This document shows, one piece after another, positions 27,723 to 41,675 of a stretch of 64,000 nt of DNA (the first letter of the stretch is position 1; the number at the start of each line of letters is the position of its first letter). A program made the position numbers and the translations under genes. Source of the DNA: Flaccisagitta enflata (taxonomy: Eukaryota). The DNA lies in contig OZ231126.1 of the NCBI GenBank assembly GCA_965153355.1, positions 32,612,001 through 32,676,000 on the forward strand. The letters run 5' to 3'. The notes beneath the pieces were generated by a model. That model did no database searches. It was not told the origin of the DNA and saw only the letters and a list, made by a program, of their open reading frames with translations.

Positions 27723-28019
27723 GGGGTTGACGATGGGGTATGGCATCCCCCTACGGCTTAACTTGCAAAAAAAACTTTAAGTATAAAACATTGGAATCAA
27801 TCACTTTTATGGTAAAATTTCAGCTTCATCCATTTGCTACAATTGCAAAACCAGCTTGGGATTCGAACCTGGAACCTGGAAACTGATCAGGTTGAACTTG
27901 AAATCAACTGAGTTAACCACTAAACCAATTCTGGCAGCTGTTTAAGAGGAGCAAATTTGATTTTGTATATTCAAAAAAATTTTCTATCCACAGAGCTGCC
28001 ATACCCCATCGTCAACCCT
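27723..28019. mobile_element. Nested MITE carrying a tRNA-like cassette
   Basis: TIR GGGTTGACGATGGGGTATGGCA / TGCCATACCCCATCGTCAACCC. TSD not clear. Confidence 0.75.
27850..27935 (-). ncRNA. tRNA-derived Pol III-type cassette (pseudo-tRNA)
   Basis: Minus strand GCCAGAATTGGTTTAGTGGTTAA (A box) ... GGTTCGAATCCC (B box) ... CTGG followed by TTTT. Confidence 0.55.
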
Positions 28020-28808
28020 ATAAGATATGAGCATAATTCACACATAGTTTCATCTCGTTGACACAAATGATATTTAGGATATGAGGGCCCCCGTATTTCC
28101 AAGTATAGACGACATCTACTGTATATTTTTTCTACTTTTGGAAACTATCAAAAGACATTTTTGTCTTTTATTTGTAGCAAATGCACCAAAAAAACCACAT
28201 TTCACTAGTTCTGGAGTCTTGACAATTGTTTTTCATCATCATAATCATCATTATCATTAGAGATTGACCTAAAATCCGGAATCTGAGTCTTTGTGAATTT
28301 TCCAATTTCTCTTTTATTGCGGCCGGTCTAAAGGGACTAACGGCATGAGCTTGAGCTCTAATTAATCAGCTTGAATTTGGTCCCGAAAGATACCTTGGCG
28401 TATGCACATAGCTCTGTTTATCTCATTGACCAAGATTTTGAGCTTCTTAGGGGCCCCTTAGGGCCCCCAAAAAGCCCTTAATGAGGATTTAAAAAAAAAA
28501 GTGGGGTGCAATCGATAGGAAATTGTTTGTTTCGCGTAGATCCAAAATCATGTATCTTTACTTTTTTTCAAAAAATTTGGACTCAGTTGAAATTCACTGT
28601 CAGCCATATTTTAGAAGATAGTTTAAAGATTCTCCTGGAATTTTTTCAGCTTGATATGGTTCAAACAAATGCTCATAACTTATAAAGTACTTGAGCCAGA
28701 ACCTTGAAATTTGAAACGTGCAATATTGAAAGTGCTGAGCAGGTACATGCAAAAGATTGAGCTACTGACTGACCGAGGAAAACTTTTGAGTCTAAGTCTA
28801 TCAACATT

Positions 28809-28903
<95 letters not shown>

Positions 28904-29060
28904 TATTACATCATCAATCCTCCTGTCAATTCTCTTTGGTCGTCATCCTTTGGATCCGAGAAGTTTGCGCTTGCAAATCCAAATTTGGACTCGACAAAAA
29001 ATTCTGACATTCTGTCTAGTAGCTTATCAACCCCCTCCCCTATGTATACCATCTTAATTC

Positions 29061-31568
29061 CCTTCCCATGCTCCTGAATCATCACCTCCACCGCCTCCTC
29101 AAGATCATTTCCTTCCCATGCTCCTGAATCATCACCCCCGCTGCCTCCTCAAGATCATTTCCTTCCCATGCTCCTGATTCATCACCCCCGCTTCCTCCTC
29201 AAGATCATTTCCTTCCCATGCTCCTGAATTATCACCCCTGCTGCCTCCTCAAGATCATTTCCTTCCTATGATCCTGAATCATCACCCCACTGCCTCCTCA
29301 GGATCATTTCCTTCCATTGCTCCTGAATCATCACCCCTGCTGCCTCCTCAAGATCATTTCCTTCCCATGCTCCTGAATCATCACCCCCGCTGCCTCCTCA
29401 AGATCATTTCCTTCCCATGCTCCTGAATCATCATCCCCGCTGCCTCTTCAAGATCATTTCCTTCCCAGGCTCCTGAATCATCACCCCTGCTCCCTCCTCA
29501 AGATCATTTCTTTCCCATGCTCCTGAATTATCACCCCCGCTGCCTCCTCAAGATCATTTCCTCCCCATGCTCCTGAATCATCACCCCTGCTGCCTCCTCA
29601 AGATCATTTCCTTCCCATGCTCCTGAATCATCACCCCCGCTGCCTCCTCAAGATCATTTCCCCCCATGCTCCTGCATCATCACCCCCGCTGCCTCCTCAG
29701 GATCATTTCCTTCCCATGCTCCTGTATCATCACCCCCGCTGCCTCCTCAAAATCATTTCCTTCCCATGCTCCTGAATCATCACCCCCACTCCCTCCTCAA
29801 GATCATTTCCTTCCCACGCTCCTGAATCATCACCCCCCACTGCCTCCTCAAGATCATTGCCTTCCCATGCTCCTGAATCATAACCCCCCCCGCTCTCTCC
29901 TCAAGATCATTTCCCCCCATGCTCCTGCATCATCACCCCCGCTGCCTCCTCAAAATCATTTCCTTCCCATGCTCCTGCATCATCATCCCTGCTGCCTCTT
30001 CAAGATCATTTCCTCCCCATGCTCCTGAATCATCACCCCTGTTCCCTCCTCAAGATCATTTCTTTCCCATGCTCCTGAATCATCACCCCCGCTGCCTCCT
30101 CAAGATCATTTCCTTCCCATGCTCCTGAATCATCACCCCCGCTGCCTCCTCAAGATCATTTCCTTCCCATGCTCCTGAATCATCACCCCCGCTGCCTCCT
30201 CAAGATCATTTCCTTCCCATGCTCCTGAATCATCACCCCCGCTGCCTCCTCAAGATCATTTCCTTCCCATGCTCCTGAATCATCACCCCCGCTGCCTCCT
30301 CAAGATCATTTCCTTCCCATGCTCCTGAATCATCACCCCCGCTGCCTCCTCAAGATCATTTCCTTCCCATGCTCCTGAATCATCACCCCCGCTGCCTCCT
30401 CAACATCATTTCCTTCCCATGCTCCTGAATCATCACCCCGCTGCCTCCTCAAGATCATTTCCTTCCCATGCTCCTGAATCATCACCCCCGCTGCCTCCTC
30501 AAGATCATTTCCTTCCCATGCTCCTGAATCATCACCCCCGCAGCCTCCTCAAGATCATTTCCTTCCCATGCTCCTGAATCATCACCCCCGCTGCCTCCTC
30601 AAGATCATTTCCTTCCCATGCTCCTGAATCATCACCCCCGCTGCCTCCTCAAGATCATTTCCTTCCCATGCTCCTGAATCATCACCCCCGCTGCCTCCTC
30701 AAGATCATTTCCTTCCCATGCTCCTGAATCATCACCCCCGCTGCCTCCTCAAGATCATTTCCTTCCAATGCTCCTGAATCATCACCCCTGCTGCCTCCTC
30801 AAGATCATTTCCTTCTCATGCTCCTGAATCATCACCCCCGCTGCCTCCTCAAGATCATTTCCTTCCAATGCTCCTGAATCATCACCCCCGCTGCCTCCTC
30901 AAGATCATTTCCTTCCCATGCTCCTGAATCATCACCCCCGCTGCCTCCTCAAGATCATTTCCTTCCCATGCTCCTGAATCATCACCCCCGCTGCCTCCTC
31001 AAGATCATTTCCTTCCAATGCTCCTGAATCATCACCCCCGCTTCCTCCTCAAGATCATTTTCTTCCCATGCTCCTGAATCATCACCCCCGCAGCCTCCTC
31101 AAGATCATTTCCTTCCCATGCTCCTGAATCATCACCCCCGCTGCCTCCTCAAGATCATTTCCTTCCAATGCTCCTGAATCATCACCCCCGCTGCCTCCTC
31201 AAGATCATTTCCTTCTCATGCTCCTGAATCATCACCCCCGCTGCCTCCTCAAGATTATTTCCTTCCAATGCTCCTGAATTATCACCCCCGCTGCCTCCTC
31301 AAGATCATTTCCTTCCCATGCTCCTGAATTATCACCCCCGCTGCCTCCTCAAGATCATTTTCTCCCCATGCTCCTGAATCATCACCCCCGCAGCCTCCTC
31401 AAGATCATTTCCTTCCCATGCTCCTGAATCATCACCCCCGCTGCCTCCTCAAGATCATTTCCTTCCCATGCTCCTGAATCATCACCCCCGCTGCCTCCTC
31501 AAGATCATTTCCTTCCCATGCTCCTGAATCATCACCCCCGCTGCCTCCTCAAGATCATTTCCTTCCCA
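29061..31568. repeat. Tandem satellite, 50-bp unit, about 50 copies
   Basis: Unit CCTTCCCATGCTCCTGAATCATCACCCCCGCTGCCTCCTCAAGATCATTT repeated head to tail without spacers. Confidence 0.98.
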
Positions 31569-32567
31569 CTTAACCACCTCTTTTGCCTCGACCATCAACC
31601 ATTGAGTTCCCCTTTTGTAATTGTATATACCTGCAACTCGACGTCGACACCCTTTTTTCAACAAGCCCGGATACACGGCAATCAAGTCGCAGACGGTTGG
31701 GCAGGAGCAGTAATAAGAAAACTGTGCGCGATGTTTCGGACGGACGGACGGATGAACCGAGGTACTGACACGCCATGGTGTCCTTGACTAAAAATGATTT
31801 TAACGACACCTTGAGGATTTCCTTCTCCTCCTTCACTCCACGTCAACCCTATGAGTTCACCATCTTATTACATAACCATTCTTGTTTAAAAATTACCACC
31901 ATTATGGGTCTCTTCTCCATCCTCCTTCACTACATGCACCATAACCATATGTTAGTTTCCCATTTCTTTTCTCCTCTACCGTCTGTTAATTTGTCTTCCT
32001 CGACATCCACACCACCACTTGTCATTTATTCGTTCTCGTTCATCATGTTATTGACACTTTTCCCGATGAAGGCGACGTCCCCGTTTCGCCGCCGGCAGAA
32101 GAAGTTGGGGTTGAACATCATAAAATAGTGCAAAAGCAAAAATATGATCGACATCTTTCTTTTCTGTGCGTTTTTTTTAACGCTGACGTTACCATAATTC
32201 GGTTATTGATTTGTACCCGACACTTTGCCTTTGTTCATGCTCGATCCATATTCCTACGTGCTCAAAAGAACGTCCGTATGTCTTTGTATGGAACCCTGCC
32301 CTTCAGTCTGTCAGGCAGGCGTTTTACTTTAGTCCCGGCGCACATTTCATGTCCATCACGCCTCCTCCGAAATCCCGCGGATGACACGATCGGGTCTGTT
32401 TTCCATCTCTTTTATTTCCATCCGTAGTGATGCACACTATATCTTGAGTTTTATTCTTTATGATGTTTCCTCTCGTTCGGTCTCTGTTGACACCGTTCTT
32501 CCCTCAGAAGCGACTTAATGACCCGCGGTTTCCTCATCACAGCCCATGCCCAAATATTTGACTGACC

Positions 32568-33130
32568 TTTTTGGGCAGCGGCACCAAAGGGGTCGGTGAT
32601 CTATGCTTTCACTTATGGGGAATTTTCTCCTACTTCTGCTTTTTCTCCTGCCCCTCCCCCTGACTCAAATCCTAGCCTCAAGGCTTAAATCCCATTCTCA
32701 AGGCCCAAATCCCAATCTTGAGGCCCAAATCCCAGCCTGAAGGCTCAAATCCCTGCCACGAGGCCCAAATCTTATCCTCTAGGCCCAAATCCCATCCTTG
32801 GAGCTTAAATCTCAGCCTCGAGGCCCAAATCTCAGTCTTTAGGCTCTGATTTAAGCCCTCAGGCCCAAATCTCAGCCTCCAGGCCCAAATCCCAGCTTCC
32901 ACGCCCAGATTCCAGTGTGGAGGCCTAATTTCCAGCCTTGAGGCTTAACTCCCAATCTTGAGGGGGACGGTGAAGGCTAAGAAGAAGAAGGAAAAAATTC
33001 CCCATATGTGTGAATTCATAGGTCATCAACCCCTTTAAGGCCGTTGTCCTGCTACAACCCTCAGTTTCAAGCACAGCATGCTTAGGCAGGGCACAGGTGC
33101 CACACACCATCTAACCCTTTTGCGACTATG
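32568..33130 (+). mobile_element. Helentron-like family B copy
   Basis: TTTTTGGGCAGCGGC start, 21-bp array, inverted subterminal box, end CCATCTAACCCTTTTGCGACTAT. Confidence 0.7.
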
Positions 33131-33949
33131 GCTCATTACCCCTGCCCAGTGCCCACCTGCCAGCGACTAGGGAGGCAGAGTACTCGGCCTTGTTTTTCTG
33201 TCCTACCCAATTTCCACGACCCTTCTTCTTCGATCAAGTTCGTCTTTCTGTTACATTTCAGTCTGCACCCTTGTGAACATTCCTCACCCTCTCTCACCTC
33301 CACTCTCCGACCAAACTTCCGCATCTCTACTCCCCTCCTTTTCACGTCTCATTACTTCCGTACGACAGAGGTGGGTGTGAGCTCGAGAGCACGCAAGCGC
33401 GTAAGGCCAACCGTTTTGTGAAAGAGACAATATGTAAAACGGATCGAAAAAAAAAAAGTAAGAAAAGAATAAGTAACGCGGGGTAACACTAACGTTGCGG
33501 ACGGGTGGGCAACCAGCCCCCATCCTCTCCCTGACACACGCGCCCTTATAACCATGGTATCTCAAAACTGCCTTTTCACACTTTTCAACCCTAGGGTCAG
33601 GGACGTCAGCGTCAGGGACCAACCAATTGACCGACCGACAGAAGGAGGGAAGGACAAAGCGTCTTATAGAGTCCGCGACTAAAAGTACTATCAAGGCCAG
33701 ATGTAAGCGGTGGCCGCGGTTGGCTGACCCGGGCACGGGTGAAAATGGCTAGTGATCCGAAACAGGGATGTGTAAAGTTGAGTTGACTTAATTTCTCTCA
33801 TCTCCACCAACCCCCTCCCTTTTGCCTTTGATTTTCTTCCCCGCGACGCGTCCCCGCGACGTGTCCCCGCGACGTGAATTTTCTCCCCAATAGAGCAATA
33901 AAACCTTACATTTTTGGCTCAATTAGCATAAAGTTGTGTTGTACTAATT

Positions 33950-34568
33950 ATGACGGCGAGCATCTGAAGGCAAGATTTAGTGTGTCAACTGGGGTCAAAA
34001 TAGAAAATTTCATAATAATAGAAGTGAAAAATGATATTTAAAAAAATCATTGTAGCATATTATGGTAAATATTTAATTGCAAAATTTGCATTCAAATTGT
34101 ACATAAGAGCAAGTTCTGATACCAATAACTAAATATATTCGTGACACTTTTTTTCAAAATTTTATATTTGTTCACTGACAGGAGGCTTTTCAAAATTATA
34201 ACTTTGCATAGAACATGAAAGAATTCAAAAATGAAGAACATAGCCGCCTTCCAAAATTGATTACAGAGGCGGCTATGTTTTTGAAAATGCAAAATTCTTT
34301 TGCATTTGTGAGTCTTACAATTTTGACACCAGCAATTGCATAAAAAGTGTAAGCAAAATTTCATTAAAAACCCTTTTTTCTTTGCTTTGCTTATGAGAAT
34401 TGTTGATTTTAAGGTTCATTTGAGGTCAGCATATGACAAAGACATACACAGAGTGTGTTTCTGGAGACAATTTATCTCTTGAAAATGTTTTTGACATCAT
34501 TATCATTCAAGTATAATTGAAAAAAATGAGACGAAACACTGATTGTGGCATCAAATGCTCGCCGTCTT
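33950..34568. mobile_element. Old MITE
   Basis: Inverted ends GACGGCGAGCAT / ATGCTCGCCGTC around an AT-rich body. Confidence 0.55.
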
Positions 34569-35248
34569 ATATTTGATGTTTTAGAACTACCAAAAGTATG
34601 AACTTTTTAAAAAATTGTTTCTTTTTTCCCCCCTTTGCCCTCCCGAAACGATATACATCCTTGATCAAAAAAAAAAAGAAAAAAGAAAAGGCTGTAGCAA
34701 GAGCCACGGCCCAAGGGGTGAACAGTCGTACATTACATTATTACTGTTTGGAAATGAAAACGCAAGCGCCTGACTTGCTCAAAATACAGCAAATCTTGTC
34801 TTGACTTGACAAAGAAGATACTGCTGGTCGTCTTTTAATTCGTCATAAAGACGAAGTGACGTTTTATCGAACATACTGACGATATGTTAAGCTGGGCCGG
34901 ATACATGATCCATCTTGCTACATCATCTAACACTCAACAGTATGTAATGGCATCGTTTCATGAGAACACGCGATGTAAAGACTAAAGTTCAAGTTGAACG
35001 AAGCGTTGAGTGAATTTGTTCCGTCGAATGAATTTCATCCGTTGAGTTAATTCCTTCCTACGATCTAAAATCTATGTGGCCTGAAGCTGAAGCGGTGAAT
35101 CTCTGCGGGGAATTCTTAACTTTTTCCGTTCTCGACTGACTGCTGACCTCAGCGCGACGCTAGAGATATTCCTACGACGGACACCAATAAATCAATCGTC
35201 CCCATTTATCTATTTCTCTCTCTGTCTCAGATCTCTCTCTCTGTGTCT

Positions 35249-35331
<83 letters not shown>

Positions 35332-35472
35332 TGTCTCTGTCTCTCTCTCTCTCTCTCTCTCGGTCAGTCTGTCTGTCTGTTGCCCTTATTTCTGTTTGTC
35401 GGTCTGAGTGTCTTCCCACTATTGTTGTTGTTGTGAGTAATTTAACGATGTGCGTCGACGTTATTGTTGCAG

Positions 35473-35570
<98 letters not shown>

Positions 35571-36827
35571 CACATTGGCGTTAGTGTTGGCTTTATCGCT
35601 GTTGTTGTAGTTTTGTTCAGATTGTTGTGGTTGTTTTGAAACCAAAAGCCTAATCATCAGCGTCCTCAAACGGACATTGATTATCAACAAACAAAATAAA
35701 AGTGATTAGAATTCCCAGCCACAACAGCAAACTTGTTTTGTTTGAAATTGGCGAGGTACACATGAGCAAAAGAATGAGTACTTGAAAACTACAAAAGCTC
35801 CAAACATTCATTTTCAACCTTTGTGGTGCTTTTAGCAGCGCAAAAATTGCTTTCCAATAAGAAAAAAAAAAAGAAGCAAAAGGAAAAGAAGTAGCAGGCC
35901 ATTTAGTCTTTTCATGTGCCGCTTTACAAATGAGGAATAACAGTGCCGCGTCCCCATGATTATTCCTCTTTGATCACGTGTACACGACTGTATAACCCGT
36001 TATATATTTCGGTTAGTCATTCCGTCCATGTGTCGAAAAGCCCATCCATCCGTCTGTAACACTTGGGAATTTTTGACGTTTTTTTCACTTTTCTTGCCGA
36101 AATTCTTTTTCATTTGATTAAATTATTTCATCAGTGCCCACCCTTCCTCTACACTCAACAGTCTCAACAGTTACGCTCCTTTAGACATGTCTATGTCCTC
36201 CCTTTCACACTTTTCAGCTGCGCCACCTTTCTCTACAACCGGTTGGTTGGTTGGTTGGTTGGTGTATCTGTTGGTCACGCAAACCTTTGACGATCCACCC
36301 GGCGCACCTATTGGTCTACTTGGTCTTGTTTTTATGAGTTTTGTCCATGTTTAAGTCGCTCGCAGTTTCGAAGCAGGCTTTAGAATATGAAAATCAAATT
36401 ATAGACGAAATTTACAGACCTTTTGTCCAGCATCCCATGAAACTCTCCCTAATTGCCCGCTTCCCACTTAGCCGTGTTAAAACATGTTTCAATATTTTTT
36501 CTCGCGTTGATACCGTCGCGGATTTCGCGCCTTTTTCCTTTATTTTGGTCATAATTAAATCCATTCTTTGCGAAAAAGGAGTGTTCCTGCATTTCTATTT
36601 ATTCGGTTTTGTTATTGGCTGTAGAATTCTTTTTCATATCTTCTTCTCTGCATGTTTTCTTCTCTTTGTCTTCATTTACTGCCTCTACTTTCTGGAGTTT
36701 TATCTTCTTTTACTTCCATTCAATTTTTTCTTTCAATAACTTGGACTCTTTTTTTTTGGTAATCATCTGTCATTTCTCTTCCTTCCCTCTCCTCTCTCTT
36801 TTCCCCCATTTTCTCCCTCTTTTTCTC

Positions 36828-36999
36828 TTTTTAGTTGCGGACACGCAACTCTATAAGAGGCTTTGTCCGTCCGTCGGTCCGTCCGTCGGTCCGTCCGTCC
36901 GTCCGTTGGTCCGTAACCATCGAGTGGAAAAGTGGAAAAACGCGCATATCCGCCCCTGCCCACCTGTCCGCAACTGATGGCCGTGTATCCGGCCTTGTT
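36828..36999 (+). mobile_element. Short complete family A element (representative of about 20 copies in the window)
   Basis: TTTTTAGTTGCGGACACGCAACTCTATAAGAGG, (GTCC)n, end GGCCGTGTATCCGGCCTTGTT. Other copies at about 1166, 2325, 2536, 23678, 24129, 25641, 26613, 31659, 33469, 42024, 50162, 50417, 52051 and 54536. Confidence 0.75.
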
Positions 37000-38625
37000 C
37001 TTCTGTCTTAGCGCTCAATCTCTCCGACTATTTCTTCCACTCTTAGTTCTTCTCATTTCCCGTACTTCTCCTCTTTTTGGAAGCAACAATCTATCTTTTT
37101 TGTCCGACCCAAAGTCAATGATTACGTTAGTGTCTGCCTTTTTCTTTCTCTATCGATTGCCTCATGTCTGAGTCAGAAGACAAACGGAAATCCGTACACA
37201 TTTAATATACTCCAAATCATTTTAATGACTAGTCAGACCAGCAAAATGGCCATTTCTAACATTTAGTCAATGATTACTGATCAGCCCAAATTACAGAATA
37301 ACATAAATTACCACGGATTTGGCTCCAACTGATTTTTTTGACAAATTTGGAAAGAAGATAGGTGGCTGGCCAGTGGCCATTGATCAACTTGACGTCCAGT
37401 ATTGTTTTGTCCACTGTGTGTCCAATATCTATGTCTTTCTAAGTATTATCCCTGTGCATGACCGTCAAACCTTTAGGTCGGAAGCTCTTCCTATCTCATA
37501 ACTCGCCTTTTAAACAAGCCCTCGATTTTCCTAAACTTGGAAATATGAAACAGAAACCACCCTTTGCAGAGTTCCGCTGGCAAATATGGAAGGCACGCAT
37601 CTTGACCATTATGATATTGTGTGAGATAACAAATCGAGGAAGTCGTACCAACGACTGAAGGGCGATTGACGCTCCAGGAAACGGTTTCTAAAAAGCTATA
37701 GGAACCCCTAAGCGAACAGCGAGATCGTTTATCAACATGCAATGAGAAATTGTTCTTGGATGGTGCGACTGTTCGTGTGCGACTGTTCGGGTGTATTTAT
37801 TAATATTTTATTTTCATCTAATCATTATCATGAGGGAGCGTAGGAAAGACTATTCATTTATCTAGTTATCTTCCGGTTTTTTCCAAATTTCAATTTAGCC
37901 CCTAATTTGTTGCGCCATTGATTTTGCATTATAACCAGGAGATAATACATTTCAAACCATTTGATTATGGATATTTCAATGCTGATTCTATCTACAAATA
38001 GGAAAAATCTTTTGTTTTCTTCTTTAGAAATGACAAGGCTACCCGTGCTCACCCGCACGCGGCTTGGGTAGCCGTGTATCCGGCCTTGTATACACAAACA
38101 ACACTTCAATCTAAACGATTGATAGAACTTCACATATGGGGTATCCGTACATATATTTGATAAGATAAAACCACTAATTGTCAATCATTTCAGGCTTTTT
38201 AGCAAAGAAGGGGAAAACAGAGAGATTAAGTAGGGAAAGAAACAGAGGACAAACGGTTTTGTATGGGATAACAGCTAATAACAGGTGTTAAGTTCCAATC
38301 AGCTCAAAAGAAATTTCGATCCGATGAGCTGCCAATTTCAACCCTCAAGGTCATAGGTTAAGCATCGCACACGTACACACAACTTCATTAAATTTGCATA
38401 ACTGGTACTTCCAAATCAAGAAGACATCTATTTAAGTAGAAGAGTATGCTTTGAATCAGAGCAATCGTATGAGTCTCTTTTTCACTCCCCCATTTCAAAT
38501 TGAGGCCATGGATGAGCGCACGACACGGTCTAGTACGCACAAAGGGGCGGAAGCGCTGGCAGAAGCGGTAGCGGAAGTCTTTCCTCTGACTTGTCCCTCA
38601 GTCTCTCCTCCTAGTGGCCCTCCAG

Positions 38626-41600
38626 TAGAGGGGGTCATAGCGTGATGTTTTTGGAAAATCATCAAAGAACTCCGGATTCTGAGGGTTTATTAAATGAATA
38701 AAAGAGGGAAAAAAATTTTGAGCCCATAAGTATTGAGGAATAATCTTCCAAAATGCGTCAAAGTTGAGGTGTCAAACCCGCAAAAATTGGGAAAATTGCA
38801 AAAATCGCAAAAATTACATGTTTTTTTAAATGGGACAATGAACCTTTTTTGTTCTAGAAAGGTTGGCATTGAAAAGTTTACTTTTTATGGCTAGTTTGAG
38901 ATAAAAAAAGGTTTGGGTCTTATTCCCAAATCTCCATACCCAGGAGGGATTCTACTGACCCCCCTTTTAGGGGTGTGCGGCACTGTCAAAAAAAGGCCAA
39001 ATTTGTGACTTTTTACCTTGTAATCTTTTACTTTTTCTCAACAGATTGGTAAAAAACCTTGGAGCAGGTCTTGTTTCAAGGACATTTAATAATAAAACAT
39101 GAAATAAAAAGAATTCGCAGGCAAGGGCCCCTCTGGGGTCCTCCAGGGGTCCGTAGAGGGCCATCAAATAGCCAAAATAGCTAGAAATAGCCAAAAAATG
39201 AGTTTTTTGGTAATGTTTTTTTCAAATGTAATTGAGGATGAAATAGTACCCGTCAGTGGAGGAAAACAAACAAACAAAAGTAAGGAGCCCCTTTGACACC
39301 CATCTAAGGGGCCCCAAAAGATGTAAAATGGGCAAAAATAACCAATTTCTTCATATTTTTTTTAATTTTTTGGTCCCCTTTAGTAATATAACGCCTAATT
39401 ATCTATTCAGCTACCTTCATCAACTAGAGCAGAACTAAGTAAGAATAAATGTAAAGGCTGAGGACCCCTAAGGGGCCCACTCAGAGGGCACCCAAAATAA
39501 TCAAAATGACCAAAATCTTGACATTTCAATGCTATTTTTCTCTGTCAATCCATTCACCAACACAACGTTTATAGGACAATTATTGCATCCAGTCATTTAT
39601 TCATTCATTCATTCATTCATTCATTCATTCAATATTCATTCATTCATTTCAGTGTTGAACTAATTGAGTTTCATAGAGGCTGATGATCAATGATTCGACA
39701 TAGTGCATTTGTTTCTCCATTTCAAAACCCCCCTTCAGCCACAAATCATGCCAGAGAGGTCCCAAACCAGCCTTTTTAATCTGATTTGAAGTCAAAGTTT
39801 GCTCTTAAATCATAATTTACCCTGCTTGAACATAATATCAGCCTCCTTAGACCTGAATCAGTCCTTGCAAGCCTTAGATTGGCCTTCACTGGCCTTATAT
39901 TGGCTTTCTGAGACTTCAGAGCCTCAAATTTTGCCAGAGAGGCCTCAATCAGCCTCTTCAAGCCTAATTTGAAGGCCAAGAGTGGTCAAGAACGTTCTTT
40001 CAGCATTTTTTAGCCATCAGTTAGCCACTGAGACCTCAAATCAGCTCTCTTAAGTAACAAATCAACCCTCTAAGGTTTAAATCAGCACTCTCAGGCCTCC
40101 GGTCTGAATACAGCCAACTGAAGCCTTGTATTATCCCTTTCAGACTTCCAATCAGCTCTCCTTTGCCCTTGACATCAAATTAGCCCTCTGGAGATATACA
40201 TCAACCATCAACTCTTAAATCAGCCTTTCATGCCTCAAATCAACACTTTCAGACTTCAAATAATCCCTCTCTGACCTCAAATCAGCATTCTCAAGTCATA
40301 AATCAGCCTAATCAGCCTGATCATGACTGATGAGAATTTTGTAGATTCAACATGTCAAGCATATGATGGCTTCATACAGCAAAGGCTAAAGAAAAGAAAG
40401 GAATCTGGTAACTGAGGCAAGGGCAGCAGGCAGGGAGGAAATATGATGTAAATGCATATTAAACTCTGGAAATACTGAAACTCAGGGAATACTGAAAATC
40501 AGTGTATTTGTCAGAAAAAAGAAAGCAAGATTTCAAGTAATGATTTTGGATACTGAAATATTGTTAATTTGTTATTCATCACAGAATTTGAGAGTTAAGA
40601 AAGAAACACAAAACACAAACTCCTGTTTTCTGTGTATGTTCAATGTGCAGTAGCCGATATTAAATTCTGCAGTGTGGCAGTTTCCATGATTTGGACCTCC
40701 ATGGTTGTAGTTTTTGTTCTGATGAGGTTCAGCGCCAGCTGTAAGTGTTCATTTGAGATCCTTAAGGCTGAAACGGCTGATTTATCGCCTGCAGGGTCTG
40801 ACATTTTTCTCTTATGGGCTACTTTGAAGTTTACTAGGGCCAAGTAAAGCTGGTTTGGGGTTGTAGAGGCTTTAGAAGATGGAAGCTGAATGGAGAATCA
40901 GGCATTGAATTATAGAAGGGGACCAAAAATTGTAAAGTTTTTGAGTTTTTGGTCAGTTTTTCCAAATCTACGTCATTTGGGGCCCCCAGATGGGTCCCAG
41001 AGGAGCCCCTGACCTAACCTTTTGTTTTCCGACACCAAATTTCAGTATCTTGTTACAAAATCTTTCTCCTGAAATACATCTGAGAAACCATCAACAAAAA
41101 ACTTTTTTTTTGGCTATTTTCAGTTATTTTGGCCATTTGGTGGCCCTCTACAAACTCCTGGAGGAACCTGGAGGTGCCCTTGCCTGAGAATTTTCTTCAT
41201 TTCATATTCTACTACTAAATGACCTTGGAACAAGACCAGCCCAAGGTTTTTTACCAATCTGTGGAGAAAAAGTAAAGAAAACAAGGTAAACAGTTACAAA
41301 TTTGGCCTTTTCTCGATAGAGCCACACACTTCTAAAATGGGGCGCTCAGCAGAATTGCTCCTGGGTATGGAGATTTGGGAAATAAGGCACAAACTTTTTT
41401 TTATCTTAAACTAGACATAAAAGTAATCTTTTCACTAATGCCAATTTTTTCTAAGTAAAAAAAAAGTTTTATTGTCCCATCTAGAAAAACATGTAATTTT
41501 GGCAATTTTGGCAATTTTCGCAGGTTTGACACCTCAACTTTGACGCATTTTGGAAGATTATTCCTCAATACCTATGGGCTCAAATTTTTTTTCCCTGTTT

Positions 41601-41675
41601 TATACATTTAATAAACCCTCAGAATCCAGAGTTCTGTGATGATTTTCCAAAAACATCACTCTATGACCCCCTCTA
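38626..41675. mobile_element. hAT-type long-TIR element (3050 bp), non-autonomous
   Basis: TAGAGGGGGTCATAG / CTATGACCCCCTCTA ends, about 700-bp inverted arms, 8-bp TSD CCCTCCAG (38618-38625, 41676-41683). Confidence 0.92.

Larger units (their letters stand above)
27621..28121. mobile_element. Tc1/mariner-type MITE with a nested MITE
   Basis: TA-CAGTAGATGTCGTCTAGACTTGGAAATACGGGG and its inverse. Related to 53506-54067. Confidence 0.85.

Noticed and set aside
27850-27935. Selenocysteine or opal-suppressor tRNA (TCA in loop)
   Set aside because: The stems are imperfect, the overall sequence does not resemble tRNA-Sec, and it lies inside a MITE.
29061-31568. CRISPR-like array
   Set aside because: The units are contiguous with no unique spacers, there are no cas genes, and the context is eukaryotic. 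It is a satellite.
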